Of a stretch of 64,000 bases of DNA, positions 29,401 to 39,275 are shown piece by piece. Location: contig OY969926.1 in NCBI GenBank assembly GCA_963704645.1, positions 1,024,001-1,088,000 on the forward strand, read 5' to 3'. A program made the translations under genes and the position numbers. Numbering within the stretch: position 1 is the first letter of the stretch; every line of letters begins with the position of its first letter. The DNA comes from an uncultured bacterium (GTDB taxonomy: Bacteria > Patescibacteriota > JACMRA01). Below the pieces are notes generated by a model, which was not told where the DNA came from, did not search any database, and saw only the letters and a program-made list of their open reading frames with translations.

Positions 29401-32400
29401 GGTAATTCCCTTGGGCTGCGTAACCTTCTATTTGGAACAAACCACCAGCTGCAAAATATGGAGTGTAATTTGAAGGGCGGCTTCCAGAGTTTGCCACAGG
29501 ACTTAATTCATACCTAAACTTTTCGTTTTGATTAGTAATCTTTCCATACTCTAACACTTCGTCAGCTTCCAATTCAACCTCTACTGTATCGCCGCTTTGC
29601 CTGTTAAAACCGTTTGGCATTCCAGCTCCGTTATTACAGTAAACTCCGTTTGGGGTAGCTCCTAAAATAATGGAAGGGCTGGCTGGTAAATTGGTAATTG
29701 TTAAATTATCTTTGGTACACAAATGTTTGTTTACAGCATCGCTGTTATTATTGTTTAAATTTCTATAAGCTACCAAACTTGGGGCAATTGTGTCTACAAC
29801 AAGTGCAGTATTTTCTAAACTTTCTACAGTTTTTACTCCTTTAGTTGCCACTACTTTTAGACTGTAATTAGTGTTGGTATTAGAGGTTGAGGTACTTAAT
29901 GTACAAGAAAAAATGCTAATTTCTGAAGTAACAGTTTGGCAGACTGTGTTTCCAGATATAATATCAATAATTGCGATGTTGGTGGAAGGATCGGCGAACC
30001 CTTTAATTTCGTTGGCTAAAGAATTAGAGTAATATTTTCCATTATACAACCTCGTGTTTTCAGAGGTGGAGGGAGCAACAATTTTGTTAATATCGTAAAT
30101 AGTTGGAGTAGTTAAAATGTTAGCATCAAGCCAAACTCCAGCCGACAAAGTTTGTTCTATACTTCCTTTTCTTCCTGTAAAATTAACTTCATAAAGTCCT
30201 CCGTTAAAACTTGGCACAGGGTAAACAACATCCCAAGTACATTCGGTTGATGAGCAAGGTGTTGTAAGCGGGTCACCAGCGGAGTTGTAAGTTACATCAC
30301 CTAAAATATTCTTGGTGTAATCAAAAGGTGAATTATCTATCCATCCAATTTTTTGTTTAACTTCATTCCCAGAAAGCTCGCTTAAATTAGTTAAATTAGA
30401 ATAGCTAAGTTTAACGTATTGGGTATCGGCCGTAACAGTTGAGCGTAATATTAGCTTTTTAGCAGAATTAATTTCAGTTTCAAGTTGAGTCTTAATATTG
30501 TCTTTTTCGGTTTGGGAAGAAGCGGCCAGCCACTGGTTTTGTAAATCTTCAATTTTAGCAATTTGAGCTACACTATTTATTCCAGAAAAAGTAGGAATTG
30601 ATTGAACCGAGATGAATGGATCTACAGGATTATTTCTTACAAAAACTTGATTAGAAGGAAGCCCTTCGTTTCCAAATTTATCTACAATTGTAGCCTGAAT
30701 TATATGATTAGTTATGCCTGGGTTTGCAGGGTCTGAGGTAATTTTTGGTAAAGCAACTATAACCGAGAAATAGCCATCAGCGCTAACCGAAGCCATCTGT
30801 TCAAAATCGCAACTTCCATTTAAACCAAGTGTATCAACACAAATTCTAACACTTACATCTTCAGGGTTTAAACCTGCAAATAAATTAGCCTGACCTTGCA
30901 CTTCGGTAACGCCAGAAGAAGTTATGAACGGTGTATTGCTAGAAGCCCCAGACGGATAAGTAATGAAAACTCCTGGTGTGTTTTTGGTAATATTTTGGAA
31001 AGCCCCAGAAATGTTAGGTAGGTTAGAATTATCTACAGAATTTAAATCTAAATTCCATGTATAGTTTCCATCTTCTAACCAATTTCCAGAGTCATCTTTT
31101 CCATCAAAAATTAAACTTGGTGGAAGCGAGTTGGAACCACTAATTGTTTTTACAACATCTCCATTGGAATTTTTTAAAGTCCAGCTCCAAGTATCAACTA
31201 GAATAGGATCGGCGGCATTATTTGGGTTTGAAATTGCCCCTTCAAAATAAATTCCATCTTGCTTGCCGTTGCCATCTGTAGAAATAAAAGTGGTTCCGTA
31301 TTGTTTGCCAGCATTATTGGAAGCAGCAAAACTTAGATTCACCGAAAATAAATTAACTTTAATAGTTTTAGTTAAGCTTTGGGTATTTCCAGCCAAATCG
31401 GCGATTGTAATTATATTATCATTAAGAATTTCTGGATTAGGGTTTGCAGCATCGTTACTTGAAGACTGTGGTAAATCTACACTGTAGCTACAAATTGGAT
31501 TTGTTGTTAAAGCCGAATTATCAAAATCTTGATCTTCGTTACAGGTTATAGTGAACGGACCTTGAACATAGCTTGCAGGAGTAATGTTACCAAGATTGAC
31601 GGACGGATTTGAACCAACAATTTGGCCTAAACTTCCATTACTAGTTTCATCTAAAACAATTTGTGTGGAGTATGTTTCGACTCCTAAATTAGCTAACGGC
31701 GCAGCAGACTTTAACTGAGAATTTTCTAATTTTAAAGTTGCCCCCTTCTCGCCTTTACCTTCAAAACGGACTATCTTTCTGGCGTAAACCGAGTTAGCTG
31801 ACGGACTAGAATTTTCTACAAAAGTGAAAGAATCTAAATTCAATTTTGCTTTGTCATAACTAAACAAATTTCCAGCTTTATCCTTCCCCGAAAGTACAAA
31901 TGTATACTGGCCATCAGGTTGAATTTCATTGGCAAAATTGTAACCGACGTCACAGGATGTTTGACCAGTAACAAAGTCTCCAGCTGGCACAATTTGGTCT
32001 ATGCAAGTTGAGTTTAAAGAACCTAAGATACTAGAATTTGCTCCGTTTAAAACTAAACTAATTTCACCATTTGTTGAATCTACTAATTTTAAATTTAGAC
32101 TGTTTCCATCAATTCCCGATACTCCATTGTTTTGAGTATTTGGGTCTTGCAGCGAGAATTCCACAACTGGTTTTCGGTTATTAGAAAGTACTGTTTGCCC
32201 ATTAATATCCATGTTTTGAGAGTTCAATGAAACTGAAGTAACACTTGGAATTTCCTCTTCTCTGGTAATTTTTAATTGCTTTTCTTGTTGGTTAGAAACG
32301 GAATCTGTGGAACGGAATTTAAACAAATTTTCGCCTAAACTAAGGCCGTAATTTTTTTGGAAAAAGTAATCTTGGTTTACTACATTGTTGAACGGCAAAT

Positions 32401-34501
32401 TTTGATAATTACAGTTACCCGAAGAAATCTGACATTCTTCTAAACTAACATCATCACCAGACATAATCTGCCCAGAAATTGTAAAATTATTTTGGTTAAC
32501 AAAAGCATTCTGGCTTGGTAAACTTATATTAATATTGCCAGGTGTATTATCAATAGAAATTACCAAATCTTCATTTTTAGTAATGTTTCCAGCTTTATCT
32601 AAGGCATTAATTATAACCGAGTAAGTAGCGTCGGGAAGGTTTTGCAGGTTTTCGTCTTGGCCTTTAAAAATATGGTTAAAAGACTTGTTATTTCCAACAT
32701 TAAAAGTTGATTTATCTAAGCCAGCGTTAGAATCAAACAAGCCTAAAGTGGCCGCGACATCTCCCGTCTGTACGTTCTTTAACTGGTAGAAAACTCTATC
32801 CAAATTGGCTTCATCAACATCAAATTTAACATTTGTTTCATCTTTTATTCCATCATTATTTATTGGAGAAATTCTTGTAGCTGGTATACTTTGTCCATCT
32901 TGAATTAAAGTTTGCCCAGTAATTACAGGAATTGTGGCGTCCATTATAGTACTTTTTGCCGAAGAAAACTGCCCAATATTTGCTCTATCAGGCTGGGATG
33001 CATCAACAGTATCTTTATTTCTGACTACAAAATAATACTTCTTTCCATCCTCCAAATTTCCAAACCCAAAGAAAGCAGAATCTTGATAATTGCCAGTTGC
33101 TCCAGGATCTATTCCGTCAGCACCTGTAGAAGAACAGCGAACAAAATCGGAACTGGTTGGCGTAGCTGAAGTTCCAGCATTAAATGGAGTTAGTGCACTT
33201 GGATCTATTCCGTCCGTTCTGCAAAAATCGTATTTTACAGGATTACTTAAACCACCTACATCACCACCATTTGTAGAGTTTACCAAAAGCTGATCACCCA
33301 CAGAAAATTCTGGTAAAGTAACAATTTCAGCAGGAACAGGCGCCGTTGTGTCTACTTTTAAGTAGGTAGAATTAGAATAACTTATAGCGCCAATATTATC
33401 TACACTTTTAGCATAAACTTTGTAGTAACCATCTTTTATATCTAAAGTTTGGTTGAACTCTGCTGTGCTAGGCCAATAAATATTTTGAGAAATTCCCACT
33501 GGCAAAGAAGCACCAGGCGGAGTAGCGGGTTCTAAAATAATTTCAGAAAGATTGTAGTCTCCCGGAGCCTGATCACCGTCACCGAAATTTGTAAATCTAA
33601 TTTGAACTTTGCAGCCATTATTTTGAACACAGTCTTGTTTTAAATCATCGTTTGGATCTAGTAGATTGTTAGTACGCACAATTCCACCAACATATGGCAG
33701 ACCACCGTGAGCATCGTTTGAACTTAGCAAACTAGAGTCTAAAACTGGAACATTTGGCGGGCTATTTAAAATATAATTAATACTTAAAGAAGTAGCAAAA
33801 CCATTGCAAAAACTGCTTCCACCATCAGGACCCACAATTCTTACTGAGCAAAGCCAAGAACCATTATTTGTAGAACTAGACCTAACAGCAATGCCATAAT
33901 TAGTACCACCTGTATACCAACTTCTTACAGCATTTGTTGCATCCAAACTAAAAGTTCTCACCCCAGAGCCAACGCTGACCGTACCGCCGTCATTAGAAAA
34001 TGAAGGCCTATTAGCCCAAGTTGCAGTAGAAGGATTCCAGTTTGCATCTATTTTGGAAGCATAAAGAGATGGATTAGCCGCGTTAAGAATTGAATGGCTA
34101 TATTGTTTTAAATTAATACTAGCTCCTGTAACAATTGCTCCAGCTGGCAAATTTGGATTATTAAATTTTATTAAAGAAATTGCTTGACCCAAAGAACCAC
34201 TATAGAAAGCATAACCAGCTCCAACATGGTCTCTAAAATACTGTGAACCAGATTGATTACTAACTATCATTACATCGTCTGCAACCGAAACATTGGCAGT
34301 TTGAGCTTTTACTGCAATTGGTTGAACCGACAAACTAACCAAAGCTAAAAGACTAGCAGCAAAAACAGCAAGCGAAATATAAGTATAAAACTTTGTTTTG
34401 TTAACTGCACTTTTGATCAAATTTAAGGTGGAAAACATGCAGATGGATAAATTTCTAAATAAAGCTTCTGGTAATTTCTTAAACGATTTCATAAACTGCA
34501 T
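26486..34501 (-). CDS. Giant secreted polymorphic toxin: signal peptide, DNRLRE-like domain, Ig-like/FlgD-like repeats, Gly/Ala-rich hydrophobic region, C-terminal putative RNase
   Basis: AVKA-Q cleavage site; SLIKF...IVTGASINL...W...TWANRP; repeated DxAGN; tip HYNDHGADFG...NGDIVKFNPSTNEFGV...IRTYYKP. Confidence 0.85.
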   Translation of the reverse strand: MQFMKSFKKLPEALFRNLSICMFSTLNLIKSAVNKTKFYTYISLAVFAASLLALVSLSVQPIAVKAQTANVSVADDVMIVSNQSGSQYFRDHVGAGYAFYSGSLGQAISLIKFNNPNLPAGAIVTGASINLKQYSHSILNAANPSLYASKIDANWNPSTATWANRPSFSNDGGTVSVGSGVRTFSLDATNAVRSWYTGGTNYGIAVRSSSTNNGSWLCSVRIVGPDGGSSFCNGFATSLSINYILNSPPNVPVLDSSLLSSNDAHGGLPYVGGIVRTNNLLDPNDDLKQDCVQNNGCKVQIRFTNFGDGDQAPGDYNLSEIILEPATPPGASLPVGISQNIYWPSTAEFNQTLDIKDGYYKVYAKSVDNIGAISYSNSTYLKVDTTAPVPAEIVTLPEFSVGDQLLVNSTNGGDVGGLSNPVKYDFCRTDGIDPSALTPFNAGTSATPTSSDFVRCSSTGADGIDPGATGNYQDSAFFGFGNLEDGKKYYFVVRNKDTVDASQPDRANIGQFSSAKSTIMDATIPVITGQTLIQDGQSIPATRISPINNDGIKDETNVKFDVDEANLDRVFYQLKNVQTGDVAATLGLFDSNAGLDKSTFNVGNNKSFNHIFKGQDENLQNLPDATYSVIINALDKAGNITKNEDLVISIDNTPGNINISLPSQNAFVNQNNFTISGQIMSGDDVSLEECQISSGNCNYQNLPFNNVVNQDYFFQKNYGLSLGENLFKFRSTDSVSNQQEKQLKITREEEIPSVTSVSLNSQNMDINGQTVLSNNRKPVVEFSLQDPNTQNNGVSGIDGNSLNLKLVDSTNGEISLVLNGANSSILGSLNSTCIDQIVPAGDFVTGQTSCDVGYNFANEIQPDGQYTFVLSGKDKAGNLFSYDKAKLNLDSFTFVENSSPSANSVYARKIVRFEGKGEKGATLKLENSQLKSAAPLANLGVETYSTQIVLDETSNGSLGQIVGSNPSVNLGNITPASYVQGPFTITCNEDQDFDNSALTTNPICSYSVDLPQSSSNDAANPNPEILNDNIITIADLAGNTQSLTKTIKVNLFSVNLSFAASNNAGKQYGTTFISTDGNGKQDGIYFEGAISNPNNAADPILVDTWSWTLKNSNGDVVKTISGSNSLPPSLIFDGKDDSGNWLEDGNYTWNLDLNSVDNSNLPNISGAFQNITKNTPGVFITYPSGASSNTPFITSSGVTEVQGQANLFAGLNPEDVSVRICVDTLGLNGSCDFEQMASVSADGYFSVIVALPKITSDPANPGITNHIIQATIVDKFGNEGLPSNQVFVRNNPVDPFISVQSIPTFSGINSVAQIAKIEDLQNQWLAASSQTEKDNIKTQLETEINSAKKLILRSTVTADTQYVKLSYSNLTNLSELSGNEVKQKIGWIDNSPFDYTKNILGDVTYNSAGDPLTTPCSSTECTWDVVYPVPSFNGGLYEVNFTGRKGSIEQTLSAGVWLDANILTTPTIYDINKIVAPSTSENTRLYNGKYYSNSLANEIKGFADPSTNIAIIDIISGNTVCQTVTSEISIFSCTLSTSTSNTNTNYSLKVVATKGVKTVESLENTALVVDTIAPSLVAYRNLNNNNSDAVNKHLCTKDNLTITNLPASPSIILGATPNGVYCNNGAGMPNGFNRQSGDTVEVELEADEVLEYGKITNQNEKFRYELSPVANSGSRPSNYTPYFAAGGLFQIEGYAAQGNYQVEVEIADLAGNITQTTKDYIIDNVGPNAPTQDFSLWGNLTGFERRIFAQPAYIEPSYFRPANNRLLQIDNQKNYVLKDDSVFFYGFAEKDTHPILSINNTDIVAVEVVNNGCSEQSKVNGNLVENQETIAADGTVVQNKTHCLFAIQVKFEELYQTLLKAGTLNTSTQGTKPGASSKAEGVYLVQWRNEDKSGNRSEHTRQYLLEYDKTVPQFFSIQNALSNKFNPLIDFQTDGAPKFYADGRGNLPVVTNQLDLTLEGITEQQADVEYFLLDNVGNLVSNQSKTFINATNQKHTVSFTLGSKTADKDGAAGLAEDGIYQICYNSADSADNEIGLKCFQIERDTLTPNNPNLNLSLNFVYKQEPYTISGNVSGESYTTSNLVGNIGKQGNKTSTVKTLSVHNDSDWENTFTFCSNLADRATNTSGNTCKSITTPVRPPRSGECNLSDSQKSTIKDYVKNLTDPNSPLPDLGFSKSCNVYEPNLIQSQVNDELQTQAKAKSEASSCVQANELNRLRKETNFVGPTPANKTCDTSLLTNDEIANIKTAYQDSIDNYKQAVADYEKQKAEIEAQQAKATAEAEKNKYNNDFNIFSGDNCFTKGVINGAASVVTGIADFTTGIIDDFKNGDYLSGIGKIALVVGVVALTIVAAPFVAGAVGAGLAVVGIGGTAGAIATTIITGAIIGATINTVSAAVSATNISFNPPSLSFDPDKFNQNLAQNFCGTTDPNPATCIGYFAGQVLTGEALAAGVGAISKGASSISKSSSVLDDVSKVAGTVDDLAKVTDDISKIVDDLSKATDNLNKNPTLPNMDDAANALNKAMDDLDNVKNGVDDTKTKPKNSEEPKGGCLLGKASAADLILGFVFGVVSVRADVDCATGFANENTLESHYNDHGADFGAKSSSQYQALAKSFMNSDNSSILSKTRINGDIVKFNPSTNEFGVVTSSGIIRTYYKPNPAIHGEPTNLDYYNKQ

Positions 34502-34777
34502 AAATATTTGTAACTAAAATAAATTTGACTGAGGTATGCACAATTACATTATTTAAGCAAATAAAAAGTTAGCAAATTGCACCAAAAAACTATAAAATGT
34601 ATTATAACATTACAATTTAAACATTGCAAATAAATTTATAACTTATTATATTTTAGCTTAACTACACATTATTTTAATTAGAAAGCAACTGTTAAAACAA
34701 ACGATAAATTCTTTTCTAGAAAATATATGCCCAGATTTTAAATTTACAACAACATTAAATTCTTTTAAAATACAAAT

Positions 34778-35188
34778 ATGAATCCAAACGAGTTTTATAC
34801 TCCGCCCAGTGTTGAAATTAACAATTCTGACCCAAATAATTTGGGTAATATACCAAGTTCTGTAAATCAAGTTAGCGGCTTCGAAAAAAAGAATGATTTT
34901 GCCAGAAGTGTTCAAAAAAGCAGAGTGCTAAAAAAATCTACCAAAATGGTAATTAATACCAGAGAACAATTAACTGCATATCTTCGCCAAAGTAACCTAG
35001 ATTTATTAACATCTTCTGTAGAATTTAAAGAAACTGGAGACTTTATTATTAGCAGTTACGTTGTATATAAAGACCATAACAATTTCAAAGAAAATTTAAG
35101 TGTTTTTATTGAAAGATACCCTACCCTAAAACCAGCCGTAGAAGCAATACGTGATATGCTTAAACCTGTGCAGGGGCAGTTTTTGTAA
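34778..35188 (+). CDS. Hypothetical protein
   Basis: 136-aa ORF with ATG start. Confidence 0.65.
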   Translation: MNPNEFYTPPSVEINNSDPNNLGNIPSSVNQVSGFEKKNDFARSVQKSRVLKKSTKMVINTREQLTAYLRQSNLDLLTSSVEFKETGDFIISSYVVYKDHNNFKENLSVFIERYPTLKPAVEAIRDMLKPVQGQFL

Positions 35189-35360
35189 AAGATTACAAAC
35201 TAAAATATAGATTATTTTTTAAAAGAGTTTTGTAGGTTGAGCCTCATTCTAGTAAATAAACCAACTTAACAGATTTGGTTGAGCTTAAGTCACGTAAATC
35301 ACACGCTCTTAAATTTGGTTATTGAATCATAATTTTTAAAGACTTTCTAAATTCGCCCGA

Positions 35361-35390
35361 TTGACATTTCCCGTAAACAGTCCTGATATT
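35361..35390 (+). promoter_or_regulatory. Sigma70-type promoter of frr, giving a near-leaderless transcript
   Basis: TTGACA-N18-GATATT, 8 nt before ATG; no SD motif. Confidence 0.55.
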
Positions 35391-35398
35391 AAAGTATT

Positions 35399-35944
35399 AT
35401 GAGCAACTATCAATATTTATCAGCTGAAAAAATTATAGATCATTTAAAGAAAAAGCTTACCTCCATTCGCACAGGAAGAGTAAATTCTACAGTTTTAGAT
35501 CACATTTTAATTCCAGCATATGGTGACAAAATGAACATTCAATCTATTGCCACAATTAACATTCCTGAACCTGGCCAACTTTTAATTACTCCGTTCGACA
35601 AAGGTTTAAACCAAGCCATTGAAAAAGCTATTTTTGACGCTAACATTGGTGCCAGCCCTGTAAATGACGGAGCCGGAATAAGACTAACTTTTCCTCCACT
35701 TACAGAAGAAAGCAGAATGAAAAGAGCTAAGGAAGTTAATTTATACGAGGAAGAAATGAAAATTACGGTAAGGAATGAAAGGCAAGATTTAATTAAGCAT
35801 TTAAAAACCCAAAAAGATGCTGGTGAAATTAGCGAAGACGAACAAAAACGCCAAGAAACAATTATTCAAAAAGAAGTTGATGCAATTAACAAAGAAGTAG
35901 AAGCACTTTGCGAAGAAAAGAAAAAAGATTTAATGAAGGTTTAG
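35399..35944 (+). CDS. frr: Ribosome recycling factor
   Basis: IRTGR, ITPFDK, NDGAGIRLTFPPLTEE, ISEDE. Confidence 0.97.
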   Translation: MSNYQYLSAEKIIDHLKKKLTSIRTGRVNSTVLDHILIPAYGDKMNIQSIATINIPEPGQLLITPFDKGLNQAIEKAIFDANIGASPVNDGAGIRLTFPPLTEESRMKRAKEVNLYEEEMKITVRNERQDLIKHLKTQKDAGEISEDEQKRQETIIQKEVDAINKEVEALCEEKKKDLMKV

Positions 35945-35975
35945 AATAGTCTGTTTTAAATAACGACCGAGCTTT

Positions 35976-36010
35976 GAGCCAGTCACCCTGAACTCGTTTC
36001 AGGGTCTAAG
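35976..36010 (+). repeat. TGTCACCCTGAA-type palindromic repeat, copy 3
   Basis: GAGCCAGTCACCCTGAACTCGTTTCAGGGTCTAAG. Confidence 0.85.
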
Positions 36011-36060
36011 TGCTAAAACCAACAAAAGCCTAAGACTCAAGACGAAACAGCCTCAAAACC

Positions 36061-36789
36061 CTACTTATCAAAAAAATTGGCCTGTGTAGCATCTTGGGTT
36101 GGAATAGTCGGGTCAGAAGTATCAGCTATTACTTCTGGTTGAACTGGGAACGGGTTAAACGGTTGTTGTAGAATAGGATTATTTCTAAAGGGGGTATTTC
36201 TTTTAGCTTGAATTGCGTTGTTAATAATTTGCTGAGTTCTCGCCAATTCCTGTTCTTTAGTAAGCACAATTTGCATTGCATTTAAAGGGTTTTTATCTAC
36301 AATTTCCTTCAATGACTGAATTTGTCTTATCTTGTCTTTAGAACCTTGCTGGCTAAAATCGATGAAAGCATTTTTGTCTTTAGCCTTTTGGGTATTAATT
36401 CTATCTGTCCAAGTTTTTAAAATGGCGTTGTAATTTAAAGTTGCCAGTTTATCGTTCAAATCGTCTAAAACAGGGAAGCGCGTATACACCATTGCCTTTG
36501 GCTTAGTGTTATATAATAAAAATTTTAAAACGTAAATTTCACTGTCTCTGCCGTTGAATCTTCCCAAAGCTAAGTAAGCCCCCACCCCAATAACAGGTAA
36601 ACAGGGAATAATTGCATAGAATCCAACTCCTGGCGAGGCTTGATTAACCAAACTAAATATTAATACGGAAGTAAGTGCGGCACCCAAGGCATAACCGAAC
36701 TGCCTAAGGTTCATTCCAAAAATAATTTTATCACCGGAATCTAAAAACTGCGGAATTTGATAAGAAGCCACAACCCTACTATACCCCAC
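36061..36789 (-). CDS. PrgI-family protein
   Basis: YQIPQFLDSGDKIIFGMNLRQF, two TMs, FNGR. Confidence 0.85.
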   Translation of the reverse strand: MGYSRVVASYQIPQFLDSGDKIIFGMNLRQFGYALGAALTSVLIFSLVNQASPGVGFYAIIPCLPVIGVGAYLALGRFNGRDSEIYVLKFLLYNTKPKAMVYTRFPVLDDLNDKLATLNYNAILKTWTDRINTQKAKDKNAFIDFSQQGSKDKIRQIQSLKEIVDKNPLNAMQIVLTKEQELARTQQIINNAIQAKRNTPFRNNPILQQPFNPFPVQPEVIADTSDPTIPTQDATQANFFDK

Positions 36790-36895
36790 TTTTCACAAAT
36801 TGAAAACCCACCATTTTTTCTTAAACTTTCGAGTTGTTACTGTGAAATAGTAAACATGTCACCCCAAATTTCTAAGCACATCACACCAAGCTATT

Positions 36896-36931
36896 GAGCC
36901 TGTCACCCCTGAATTTATTTCAGGGTCTAAG
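36896..36931 (+). repeat. TGTCACCCTGAA-type palindromic repeat, copy 4
   Basis: GAGCCTGTCACCCCTGAATTTATTTCAGGGTCTAAG. Confidence 0.85.
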
Positions 36932-37027
36932 TATAATAATACACTAACACTATAACTTGCCAGCCACCAAGAAACATGCTTATATGGTTAAGTAAACGGG
37001 TTAAAGCATTTTAGAGGAAAAGAGTTT

Positions 37028-37462
37028 ATGAGAAACATTAATAGAGGAACTTGGATTGCTGGTGGAGTTACATTCGCAATTGTTGCTTTCTTGTTTTGGT
37101 TAACTTGCATTTACGCTCCGTTTTGGAAGACTCCCCCTTCTACACAGGCTGTCATTATTCAAGATCTTACTATTACAAGTAGTATTGCGAAGAAATACTT
37201 AGTAGAAATGGGAAATACCTCAGGTACTGTTGTAATAAGGTTAGACCAACAAACTGGAACTGCATATTTTGGCTGGGGAGATAGTTTTATAAATGAATTG
37301 TCACCGCTTAATTTTGCTTTAGTCGTTCGTTATCAAGGTGCCTTAAAAACAATTCAATTTACAGAGAAGGGCAAACCTTTACCTATATCAATCAATTCAT
37401 TGTTGTTAAAAAATTTAAGCATTAACGATGTGAGCTTATCCTATATCGTTATTTCTAAATAG
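37028..37462 (+). CDS. Orphan single-TM protein (cassette type)
   Basis: GAGG upstream; N-terminal TM; terminator at 37477-37509. Confidence 0.7.
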   Translation: MRNINRGTWIAGGVTFAIVAFLFWLTCIYAPFWKTPPSTQAVIIQDLTITSSIAKKYLVEMGNTSGTVVIRLDQQTGTAYFGWGDSFINELSPLNFALVVRYQGALKTIQFTEKGKPLPISINSLLLKNLSINDVSLSYIVISK

Positions 37463-37522
37463 TAACTTAAAGCAAATAGATCTTCATGTCGGGGGTCTAT
37501 TTTTATTTTCTAAAAACTCAAC

Positions 37523-38263
37523 CTACCTACCCTTACCCCAAATTAAATAAAACATATTCTTGAATAAATTCACTATTTCTTCGTCTTCAATTTCTATAAC
37601 TTCCTCTTTTGTTGGGTTTAAAATTAACATTTTTTGCTTAGAATATATTCCAAATATGGCTTTCGAGTTGTGAATATTTTCCACTAGTTTAATTTCTCTT
37701 TTTTCGCTTTTATCTGCTTCTTGTATGTTTCTATTAAAACTGTTATTAGAGGAAATTACTTTGGCTTTCACTTTAGTCTGTCTTCGGCTAATCCAATTTT
37801 TGGAGTAATCTTCCCCAAGTAAATTGAACACACCTTTAACATCACCAAAGGTTAGCAAATCTTGATCTACATTTTTTAAAACTCCATCGTAAATTCTTTG
37901 GAAATTCAATCTTCCTTTGTGAACTGTAACTCCAGATTTAGCCCTGCCATTTTTCCACATAAATTCCCAGTCTTCAATGTCTTTATGCAAACTAAACTGG
38001 GTTTTAGCTAAATTGCTTGCTTCAATTTCTAGCAAGTTTAAAATTACAGCTGGTGAAGCTGGCAGCCAACTTAAGCCTTGCTTGGTTACAACTCCTTTTT
38101 TTAACATTTCATTTAAGTTTTGATACAAAGTTTTTCGGCTTATACCAAGTACTAAAGCCAATTTAGAAATATTTTCAGACTTTTTTTCTAGTAAATCAAA
38201 ATATATTTTTACTTCTATTTGGTTTAAACCTAGTTTCTGTAAACTTTCTTGTAGCGAGTTCAT
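37523..38263 (-). CDS. TrmB-family transcriptional regulator
   Basis: LQKLGLNQIEVKIYFDLL...ISRKTLYQNLNEM wHTH plus C-terminal TrmB-like domain. Confidence 0.85.
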   Translation of the reverse strand: MNSLQESLQKLGLNQIEVKIYFDLLEKKSENISKLALVLGISRKTLYQNLNEMLKKGVVTKQGLSWLPASPAVILNLLEIEASNLAKTQFSLHKDIEDWEFMWKNGRAKSGVTVHKGRLNFQRIYDGVLKNVDQDLLTFGDVKGVFNLLGEDYSKNWISRRQTKVKAKVISSNNSFNRNIQEADKSEKREIKLVENIHNSKAIFGIYSKQKMLILNPTKEEVIEIEDEEIVNLFKNMFYLIWGKGR

Positions 38264-38495
38264 AATAAAAACTTAAGCATATTGTTTCTTAAAAGTAAAC
38301 AGTATTTGATTAATTAAATTCTTATTTGTTTGATAATCTTAATAATTTTGCAGAATAACTTAATTTTAGTAACTTTAATTTAAACAGTAAATTGGTAAAA
38401 ATTATTGTAAATTATTTCTATTAAAATATTCCTGAAAACAAAACTTATGCTTTAGTTTAGGATAAAATTTAGAACTTAGAGAGGTTTGCTTAACA

Positions 38496-38759
38496 ATGCC
38501 AGAAATTTCTGAAGATTTAAAATTGAGAATCTATCATCACATTCTTATTACTATGAAAGCAACTAACCCTAGTGAAGCTGCTTATTGTTTTAAAGTGGTC
38601 TGCCCTGCAAATGGTTTGGGAGAAATTACAGATGACCAGGCAGAAACTTTGGTTGCTGAAATGAATGCCTACTTGGTAAAAGTTGGTAATCCTACTGTTA
38701 TTGCTGAAACTGCAGCTTTGGATATACTATCCAATATATTTGGAGGTGACATATCATGA
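38496..38759 (+). CDS. Orphan hypothetical protein
   Basis: GAGG upstream; ATGA overlap with the next ORF. Confidence 0.65.
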   Translation: MPEISEDLKLRIYHHILITMKATNPSEAAYCFKVVCPANGLGEITDDQAETLVAEMNAYLVKVGNPTVIAETAALDILSNIFGGDIS

Positions 38760-39166
38760 TTGAAAATATCCAGCCAACGCCAACAGATTTACCTACAAAT
38801 CTAACTGATGAGGAAAAAGCCCATGCTGTTTTTGGCATCATTTCAGAGGAATACGATGGCTCGCTTAGAACTGTCGAAACTTTTGGAATACCTTTTCCAG
38901 AATGTGAATCTAAAACTGCCCTATCAAAGCTTCATTTCCTTGAGCCACTGGCTACAATTTACGATTTAGTTTGTCTTGGCAATTGGGAAGAGCTTGTAAG
39001 CTTTATTCTAGCAAACAAGGTTTACAACTATATTTGTATGGAAATCCGATCAGTTGCTTGGGAAAATAATAGGGTTAAAATTGAACTAGTGGCTAAGATT
39101 GAAATTCTACATTTCACATTACATCCTGGAGACGAAATGTATGATTTACTAAATGAAATCTTTTAG
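38756..39166 (+). CDS. Orphan hypothetical protein
   Basis: GGAGGT SD; downstream AACGC...GCGTT plus T-run. Confidence 0.7.
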   Translation: MIENIQPTPTDLPTNLTDEEKAHAVFGIISEEYDGSLRTVETFGIPFPECESKTALSKLHFLEPLATIYDLVCLGNWEELVSFILANKVYNYICMEIRSVAWENNRVKIELVAKIEILHFTLHPGDEMYDLLNEIF

Positions 39167-39275
39167 ATTCGATTATGTAAAAGTTTAGTACTTAGACTGT
39201 ACTTCAACGCCCTGAAAATATAAATTCTTTAATTTATACAACAGAGCGTTTTTTTTGTTGGTTTAATTTTGAAAG

